In this document: one piece after another, positions 54,771 to 64,000 of the stretch
Numbering within the stretch: the first letter of the stretch is position 1
How the letters are laid out: each line of letters opens with the position of its first letter
Assembly: GCA_964057225.1 (NCBI GenBank)
Contig: CAXKVF010000081.1
Coordinates: 1-64,000, forward strand
From: Auanema rhodensis
Lineage: Eukaryota; Animalia; Nematoda
Direction of reading: 5' to 3'
Length of the DNA: 64,000 nt
Made by a program: the position numbers and the translations under genes
The notes under the pieces: generated by a model
Database searches by the model: none
The model's input: the letters and a program-made list of their open reading frames with translations, nothing else
What the model was told of the DNA's origin: nothing

Positions 54771-57700
54771 GGAATCTAATTTTGAAAACCGCATCTCTTT
54801 ATCTTTCACGTGAAGCGAGTTACATACCAAGTGCACATCACGTGTACATTTAATTAGCATAAATTAAAGTTCACGTAAATTTCAAAGTCGTGGTTACCAT
54901 GCACCAATATCAATAAAAATTCGTTTTTAGACTAATATGGACATGGGGAATCTAACTTTGAAAACCGCATCTCTTTATCTTTCACGTGAAGCGAGTTACA
55001 TACCAAGTGCACATCACGTGTACATTTAATTAGCATAAATTAAAGTTCACGTAAATTTCAAAGTCATGGTTACCATGCACCAATATCAATAAAAATTTGT
55101 TTTTAGACTAATATGGACATGGGCAATCTAATTTTGAAAACCGCATTTCTTTATCTTTCAAGTGAAGCGAGTTACATACCAAGTGCACATCACGTGTACA
55201 TTTAATTAGCATAAATTAAAGTTCACGTAAATTTCAAAGTCATGGTTACCATGCACCAACATCAATAAAAATTTGTTTTTAGACTAATATGGACATGGGG
55301 AATCTAATTTTGAAAACCGCATCTCTTTATCTTTCACGTGAAGCGAGTTACATATCAAGTGCACATCACGTGTACATTTAATTAGCATAAATTAAAGTTC
55401 ACGTAAATTTCAAAGTCATGGTTACCATGCACCAATATCAATAAAAATTTGTTTTTAGACTAATATGGACATGGGCAATCTAATTTTGAAAACCGCATTT
55501 CTTTATCTTTCAAGTGAAGCGAGTTACATACCAAGTGCACATCACGTGTACATTTAATTAGCATAAATTAAAGTTCACGTAAATTTCAAAGTCATGGTTA
55601 CCATGCACCAACATCAATAAAAATTTGTTTTTAGACTAATATGGACATGGGGAATCTAATTTTGAAAACCGCATCTCTTTATCTTTCACGTGAAGCGAGT
55701 TACATATCAAGTGCACATCACGTGTACATTTAATTAGCATAAATTAAAGTTCACGTAAATTTCAAAGTCATGGTTACCATTAACCAATATCAATAAAAAT
55801 CTGTTTTTAGACTAATATGGACATGGGGAATCTAATTTTGAAAACCGCATCTCTTTATCTTTCACGTGAAGCGAGTTACATACCAAGTGCACATCACGTG
55901 TACATTTAATTAGCATAAATCAAAGTTCACGTAAATTTCAAAGTCATGGTTACCATGCACCAATATCAATAAAAATTTGTTTTTAGACTAATATGGACAT
56001 GGGGAATCTAATTTTGAAAACCGCATCTCTTTATCTTTCACGTGAAGCGAGTTACATATCAAGTGCACATCACGTGTACATTTAATTAGCATAAATTAAA
56101 GTTCACGTAAATTTCAAAGTCATGGTTACCATTAACCAATATCAATAAAAATTTGTTTTTAGACTAATATGGACATGGGGAATCTAATTTTGAAAACCGC
56201 ATCTCTTTATCTTTCACGTGAAGCGAGTTACATATCAAGTGCACATCACGTGTACATTTAATTAGCATAAATTAAAGTTCACGTAAATTTCAAAGTCATG
56301 GTTACCATTAACCAATATCAATAAAAATTTGTTTTTAGACTAATATGGACATGGGGAATCTAATTTTGAAAACCGCATCTCTTTATCTTTCACGTGAAGC
56401 GAGTTACATACCAAGTGCACATCACGTGTACATTTAATTAGCATAAATTAAAGTTCACGTAAATTTTAAAGTCATGGTTACCATGCACCAATATCAATAA
56501 AAATCTGTTTTTAGACTAATATGGACATGGGGAATCTAATTTTGAAAACCGCATCTCTTTATCTTTCACGTGAAGCGAGTTACATACCAAGTGCACATCA
56601 CGTGTACATTTAATTAGCATAAATTAAAGTTCACGTAAATTTCAAAGTCATGGTTACCATGCACCAATATCAATAAAAATTTGTTTTTAGACTAATATGG
56701 ACATGAGGAATCTAATTTTGAAAACCGCATCTCTTTATCTTTCACGTGAAGCGAGTTACATACCAAGTGCACATCACGTGTACATTTAATTAGCATAAAT
56801 TATAGTTCACGTAAATTTCAAAGTCATGGTTACCATGCACCAATATCAATAAAAATTTGTTTTTAGACTAATATGGACATGGGGAATCTAATTTTGAAAA
56901 CCGCATCTCTTTATCTTTCACGTGAAGCGAGTTACATATCAAGTGCACATCACGTGTACATTTAATTAGCATAAATTAAAGTTCACGTAAATTTCAAAGT
57001 CATGGTTACCATTAACCAATATCAATAAAAATTTGTTTTTAGACTAATATGGACATGGGGAATCTAATTTTGAAAACCGCATCTCTTTATCTTTCACGTG
57101 AAGCGAGTTACATACCAAGTGCACATCACGTGTACATTTAATTAGCATAAATTAAAGTTCACGTAAATTTCAAAGTCATGGTTACCATGCACCAATATCA
57201 ATAAAAATCTGTTTTTAGACTAATATGGACATGGGGAATCTAATTTTGAAAACCGCATCTCTTTATCTTTCACGTGAAGCGAGTTACATACCAAGTGCAC
57301 ATCACGTGTACATTTAATTAGCATAAATTAAAGTTCACGTAAATTTCAAAGTCATGGTTACCATGCACCAATATCAATAAAAATTTGTTTTTAGACTAAT
57401 ATGGACATGAGGAATCTAATTTTGAAAACCGCATCTCTTTATCTTTCACGTGAAGCGAGTTACATACCAAGTGCACATCACGTGTACATTTAATTAGCAT
57501 AAATTAAAGTTCACGTAAATTTCAAAGTCGTGGTTACCATGCACCAATATCAATAAAAATTCGTTTTTAGACTAATATGGACATGGGGAATCTAACTTTG
57601 AAAACCGCATCTCTTTATCTTTCACGTGAAGCGAGTTACATACCAAGTGCACATCACGTGTACATTTAATTAGCATAAATTAAAGTTCACGTAAATTTCA

Positions 57701-60146
57701 AAGTCATGGTTACCATGCACCAATATCAATAAAAATTTGTTTTTAGACTAATATGGACATGGGCAATCTAATTTTGAAAACCGCATTTCTTTATCTTTCA
57801 AGTGAAGCGAGTTACATACCAAGTGCACATCACGTGTACATTTAATTAGCATAAATTAAAGTTCACGTAAATTTCAAAGTCATGGTTACCATGCACCAAC
57901 ATCAATAAAAATTTGTTTTTAGACTAATATGGACATGGGGAATCTAATTTTGAAAACCGCATCTCTTTATCTTTCACGTGAAGCGAGTTACATATCAAGT
58001 GCACATCACGTGTACATTTAATTAGCATAAATTAAAGTTCACGTAAATTTCAAAGTCATGGTTACCATGCACCAATATCAATAAAAATTTGTTTTTAGAC
58101 TAATATGGACATGGGCAATCTAATTTTGAAAACCGCATTTCTTTATCTTTCAAGTGAAGCGAGTTACATACCAAGTGCACATCACGTGTACATTTAATTA
58201 GCATAAATTAAAGTTCACGTAAATTTCAAAGTCATGGTTACCATGCACCAACATCAATAAAAATTTGTTTTTAGACTAATATGGACATGGGGAATCTAAT
58301 TTTGAAAACCGCATCTCTTTATCTTTCACGTGAAGCGAGTTACATATCAAGTGCACATCACGTGTACATTTAATTAGCATAAATTAAAGTTCACGTAAAT
58401 TTCAAAGTCATGGTTACCATTAACCAATATCAATAAAAATCTGTTTTTAGACTAATATGGACATGGGGAATCTAATTTTGAAAACCGCATCTCTTTATCT
58501 TTCACGTGAAGCGAGTTACATACCAAGTGCACATCACGTGTACATTTAATTAGCATAAATCAAAGTTCACGTAAATTTCAAAGTCATGGTTACCATGCAC
58601 CAATATCAATAAAAATTTGTTTTTAGACTAATATGGACATGGGGAATCTAATTTTGAAAACCGCATCTCTTTATCTTTCACGTGAAGCGAGTTACATATC
58701 AAGTGCACATCACGTGTACATTTAATTAGCATAAATTAAAGTTCACGTAAATTTCAAAGTCATGGTTACCATTAACCAATATCAATAAAAATTTGTTTTT
58801 AGACTAATATGGACATGGGGAATCTAATTTTGAAAACCGCATCTCTTTATCTTTCACGTGAAGCGAGTTACATATCAAGTGCACATCACGTGTACATTTA
58901 ATTAGCATAAATTAAAGTTCACGTAAATTTCAAAGTCATGGTTACCATTAACCAATATCAATAAAAATTTGTTTTTAGACTAATATGGACATGGGGAATC
59001 TAATTTTGAAAACCGCATCTCTTTATCTTTCACGTGAAGCGAGTTACATACCAAGTGCACATCACGTGTACATTTAATTAGCATAAATTAAAGTTCACGT
59101 AAATTTTAAAGTCATGGTTACCATGCACCAATATCAATAAAAATCTGTTTTTAGACTAATATGGACATGGGGAATCTAATTTTGAAAACCGCATCTCTTT
59201 ATCTTTCACGTGAAGCGAGTTACATACCAAGTGCACATCACGTGTACATTTAATTAGCATAAATTAAAGTTCACGTAAATTTCAAAGTCATGGTTACCAT
59301 GCACCAATATCAATAAAAATTTGTTTTTAGACTAATATGGACATGAGGAATCTAATTTTGAAAACCGCATCTCTTTATCTTTCACGTGAAGCGAGTTACA
59401 TACCAAGTGCACATCACGTGTACATTTAATTAGCATAAATTATAGTTCACGTAAATTTCAAAGTCATGGTTACCATGCACCAATATCAATAAAAATTTGT
59501 TTTTAGACTAATATGGACATGGGGAATCTAATTTTGAAAACCGCATCTCTTTATCTTTCACGTGAAGCGAGTTACATATCAAGTGCACATCACGTGTACA
59601 TTTAATTAGCATAAATTAAAGTTCACGTAAATTTCAAAGTCATGGTTACCATTAACCAATATCAATAAAAATTTGTTTTTAGACTAATATGGACATGGGG
59701 AATCTAATTTTGAAAACCGCATCTCTTTATCTTTCACGTGAAGCGAGTTACATACCAAGTGCACATCACGTGTACATTTAATTAGCATAAATTAAAGTTC
59801 ACGTAAATTTCAAAGTCATGGTTACCATGCACCAATATCAATAAAAATCTGTTTTTAGACTAATATGGACATGGGGAATCTAATTTTGAAAACCGCATCT
59901 CTTTATCTTTCACGTGAAGCGAGTTACATACCAAGTGCACATCACGTGTACATTTAATTAGCATAAATTAAAGTTCACGTAAATTTCAAAGTCATGGTTA
60001 CCATGCACCAATATCAATAAAAATTTGTTTTTAGACTAATATGGACATGAGGAATCTAATTTTGAAAACCGCATCTCTTTATCTTTCACGTGAAGCGAGT
60101 TACATACCAAGTGCACATCACGTGTACATTTAATTAGCATAAATTA
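54771..60146. repeat. Apparently perfect tandem block duplication, 15-monomer period (2640 bp)
   Basis: T167C at 55260/57900 and 55612/58252, A125T at 56803/59443. Lines 54781-57480 read identical to 57421-60120. Confidence 0.88.
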
Positions 60147-63100
60147 TAGTTCACGTAAATTTCAAAGTCATGGTTACCATGCACCAATATCAATAAAAAT
60201 TTGTTTTTAGACTAATATGGACATGGGGAATCTAATTTTGAAAACCGCATCTCTTTATCTTTCACGTGAAGCGAGTTACATACCAAGTGCACATCACGTG
60301 TACATTTAATTAGCATAAATTAAAGTTCACGTAAATTTCAAAGTCGTGGTTACCATGCACCAATATCAATAAAAATTCGTTTTTAGACTAATATGGACAT
60401 GGGGAATCTAACTTTGAAAACCGCATCTCTTTATCTTTCACGTGAAGCGAGTTACATACCAAGTGCACATCACGTGTACATTTAATTAGCATAAATTAAA
60501 GTTCACGTAAATTTCAAAGTCATGGTTACCATGCACCAATATCAATAAAAATTTGTTTTTAGACTAATATGGACATGGGGAATCTAATTTTGAAAACCGC
60601 ATCTCTTTATCTTTCACGTGAAGCGAGTTACATATCAAGTGCACATCACGTGTACATTTAATTAGCATAAATTAAAGTTCACGTAAATTTCAAAGTCATG
60701 GTTACCATTAACCAATATCAATAAAAATTTGTTTTTAGACTAATATGGACATGGGGAATCTAATTTTGAAAACCGCATCTCTTTATCTTTCACGTGAAGC
60801 GAGTTACATACCAAGTGCACATCACGTGTACATTTAATTAGCATAAATTAAAGTTCACGTAAATTTCAAAGTCATGGTTACCATGCACCAATATCAATAA
60901 AAATCTGTTTTTAGACTAATATGGACATGGGGAATCTAATTTTGAAAACCGCATCTCTTTATCTTTCACGTGAAGCGAGTTACATACCAAGTGCACATCA
61001 CGTGTACATTTAATTAGCATAAATTAAAGTTCACGTAAATTTCAAAGTCATGGTTACCATGCACCAATATCAATAAAAATTTGTTTTTAGACTAATATGG
61101 ACATGAGGAATCTAATTTTGAAAACCGCATCTCTTTATCTTTCACGTGAAGCGAGTTACATACCAAGTGCACATCACGTGTACATTTAATTAGCATAAAT
61201 TATAGTTCACGTAAATTTCAAAGTCATGGTTACCATGCACCAATATCAATAAAAATTTGTTTTTAGACTAATATGGACATGGGGAATCTAATTTTGAAAA
61301 CCGCATCTCTTTATCTTTCACGTGAAGCGAGTTACATACCAAGTGCACATCACGTGTACATTTAATTAGCATAAATTAAAGTTCACGTAAATTTCAAAGT
61401 CGTGGTTACCATGCACCAATATCAATAAAAATTCGTTTTTAGACTAATATGGACATGGGGAATCTAACTTTGAAAACCGCATCTCTTTATCTTTCACGTG
61501 AAGCGAGTTACATACCAAGTGCACATCACGTGTACATTTAATTAGCATAAATTAAAGTTCACGTAAATTTCAAAGTCATGGTTACCATGCACCAATATCA
61601 ATAAAAATTTGTTTTTAGACTAATATGGACATGGGCAATCTAATTTTGTAAACCGCATCTCTTTATCTTTCAAGTGAAGCGAGTTACATACCAAGTGCAC
61701 ATCACGTGTACATTTAATTAGCATAAATTAAAGTTCACGTAAATTTCAAAGTCATGGTTACCATGCACCAATATCAATAAAAATTTGTTTTTAGACTAAT
61801 ATGGACATGGGGAATCTAATTTTGAAAACCGCATCTCTTTATCTTTCACGTGAAGCGAGTTACATATCAAGTGCACATCACGTGTACATTTAATTAGCAT
61901 AAATTAAAGTTCACGTAAATTTCAAAGTCATGGTTACCATTAACCAATATCAATAAAAATTTGTTTTTAGACTAATATGGACATGGGGAATCTAATTTTG
62001 AAAACCGCATCTCTTTATCTTTCACGTGAAGCGAGTTACATACCAAGTGCACATCACGTGTACATTTAATTAGCATAAATTAAAGTTCACGTAAATTTCA
62101 AAGTCATGGTTACCATGCACCAATATCAATAAAAATCTGTTTTTAGACTAATATGGACATGGGGAATCTAATTTTGAAAACCGCATCTCTTTATCTTTCA
62201 CGTGAAGCGAGTTACATACCAAGTGCACATCACGTGTACATTTAATTAGCATAAATTAAAGTTCACGTAAATTTCAAAGTCATGGTTACCATGCACCAAT
62301 ATCAATAAAAATTTGTTTTTAGACTAATATGGACATGAGGAATCTAATTTTGAAAACCGCATCTCTTTATCTTTCACGTGAAGCGAGTTACATACCAAGT
62401 GCACATCACGTGTACATTTAATTAGCATAAATTATAGTTCACGTAAATTTCAAAGTCATGGTTACCATGCACCAATATCAATAAAAATTTGTTTTTAGAC
62501 TAATATGGACATGGGGAATCTAATTTTGAAAACCGCATCTCTTTATCTTTCACGTGAAGCGAGTTACATACCAAGTGCACATCACGTGTACATTTAATTA
62601 GCATAAATTAAAGTTCACGTAAATTTCAAAGTCGTGGTTACCATGCACCAATATCAATAAAAATTCGTTTTTAGACTAATATGGACATGGGGAATCTAAC
62701 TTTGAAAACCGCATCTCTTTATCTTTCACGTGAAGCGAGTTACATACCAAGTGCACATCACGTGTACATTTAATTAGCATAAATTAAAGTTCACGTAAAT
62801 TTCAAAGTCATGGTTACCATGCACCAATATCAATAAAAATTTGTTTTTAGACTAATATGGACATGGGGAATCTAATTTTGAAAACCGCATCTCTTTATCT
62901 TTCACGTGAAGCGAGTTACATATCAAGTGCACATCACGTGTACATTTAATTAGCATAAATTAAAGTTCACGTAAATTTCAAAGTCATGGTTACCATTAAC
63001 CAATATCAATAAAAATTTGTTTTTAGACTAATATGGACATGGGGAATCTAATTTTGAAAACCGCATCTCTTTATCTTTCACGTGAAGCGAGTTACATACC

Positions 63101-64000
63101 AAGTGCACATCACGTGTACATTTAATTAGCATAAATTAAAGTTCACGTAAATTTCAAAGTCATGGTTACCATGCACCAATATCAATAAAAATCTGTTTTT
63201 AGACTAATATGGACATGGGGAATCTAATTTTGAAAACCGCATCTCTTTATCTTTCACGTGAAGCGAGTTACATACCAAGTGCACATCACGTGTACATTTA
63301 ATTAGCATAAATTAAAGTTCACGTAAATTTCAAAGTCATGGTTACCATGCACCAATATCAATAAAAATTTGTTTTTAGACTAATATGGACATGAGGAATC
63401 TAATTTTGAAAACCGCATCTCTTTATCTTTCACGTGAAGCGAGTTACATACCAAGTGCACATCACGTGTACATTTAATTAGCATAAATTATAGTTCACGT
63501 AAATTTCAAAGTCGTGGTTACCATGCACCAATATCAATAAAAATTCGTTTTTAGACTAATATGGACATGGGGAATCTAACTTTGAAAACCGCATCTCTTT
63601 ATCTTTCACGTGAAGCGAGTTACATACCAAGTGCACATCACGTGTACATTTAATTAGCATAAATTAAAGTTCACGTAAATTTCAAAGTCATGGTTACCAT
63701 GCACCAATATCAATAAAAATTTGTTTTTAGACTAATATGGACATGGGCAATCTAATTTTGTAAACCGCATCTCTTTATCTTTCAAGTGAAGCGAGTTACA
63801 TACCAAGTGCACATCACGTGTACATTTAATTAGCATAAATTAAAGTTCACGTAAATTTCAAAGTCATGGTTACCATGCACCAATATCAATAAAAATTTGT
63901 TTTTAGACTAATATGGACATGGGGAATCTAATTTTGAAAACCGCATCTCTTTATCTTTCACGTGAAGCGAGTTACATATCAAGTGCACATCACGTGTACA
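60023..64000. repeat. Higher-order-like 6/7-monomer module, 13-monomer (2288 bp) super-period
   Basis: A125T at 60147, 61203, 62435 and 63491 (spacings 1056, 1232, 1056). A43T at 61649/63761 is offset by 2112, i.e. one monomer lost. Confidence 0.75.

Larger units (their letters stand above)
1..64000. repeat. Tandem satellite DNA array, 176-bp monomer, 363 full copies + partial, head-to-tail (centromeric/pericentromeric-type satellite)
   Basis: ATTTGTTTTTAGACTAATATGG recurs every 176 bp (1, 177, 353 ... 2641 = 15x176+1). The register is kept to the last start at 63895, with a net +6 bp from six small indels. No unique sequence anywhere. Confidence 0.99.

Noticed and set aside
1-64000. CRISPR-like array (palindromic repeats at regular spacing)
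   Set aside because: There are no unique spacers: the entire 176 bp is repeated. No cas genes or leader are present.
1-64000. A single fixed higher-order repeat for the whole array (e.g. the 2640-bp line pattern)
   Set aside because: The visual recurrence every 2640 bp is the common multiple of 176 and the 60-base line width. True variant periods differ by region (5-46 units).

Overview
The whole 64 kb window is one uninterrupted head-to-tail array of an AT-rich (~32% GC) 176-bp satellite monomer: 363 complete copies plus a 106-bp partial copy, all in the same orientation. I see no genes, RNA genes, transposon insertions, inversions or CRISPR spacers. The two ORFs in the track are single monomers in which a point mutation removed a stop codon. 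Monomer size, homogeneity (mostly 0-4 differences from consensus) and array length are typical of eukaryotic centromeric or pericentromeric satellite DNA, but neither the organism nor centromere function can be established from sequence alone, and I do not recognise the family. The informative structure lies at two scales. (1) Within the monomer: a dense set of dyad symmetries, three TCACGT motifs 32-33 bp apart (two are full CACGTG E-boxes, one matches yeast CDEI RTCACRTG), and a CENP-B-box-like 17-mer matching 7 of 9 core bases. (2) Across the array: diagnostic SNVs show regional subfamilies, nested tandem block duplications of about 5, 8, 9, 10, 11, 13, 15, 22 and 46 monomers, and a more degenerate junction zone at ~25-32 kb. 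I found no evidence of a new protein-coding system. Monomer positions (e.g. C92T) are numbered on window bases 1-176. All variant calls were read by eye and should be confirmed by alignment.
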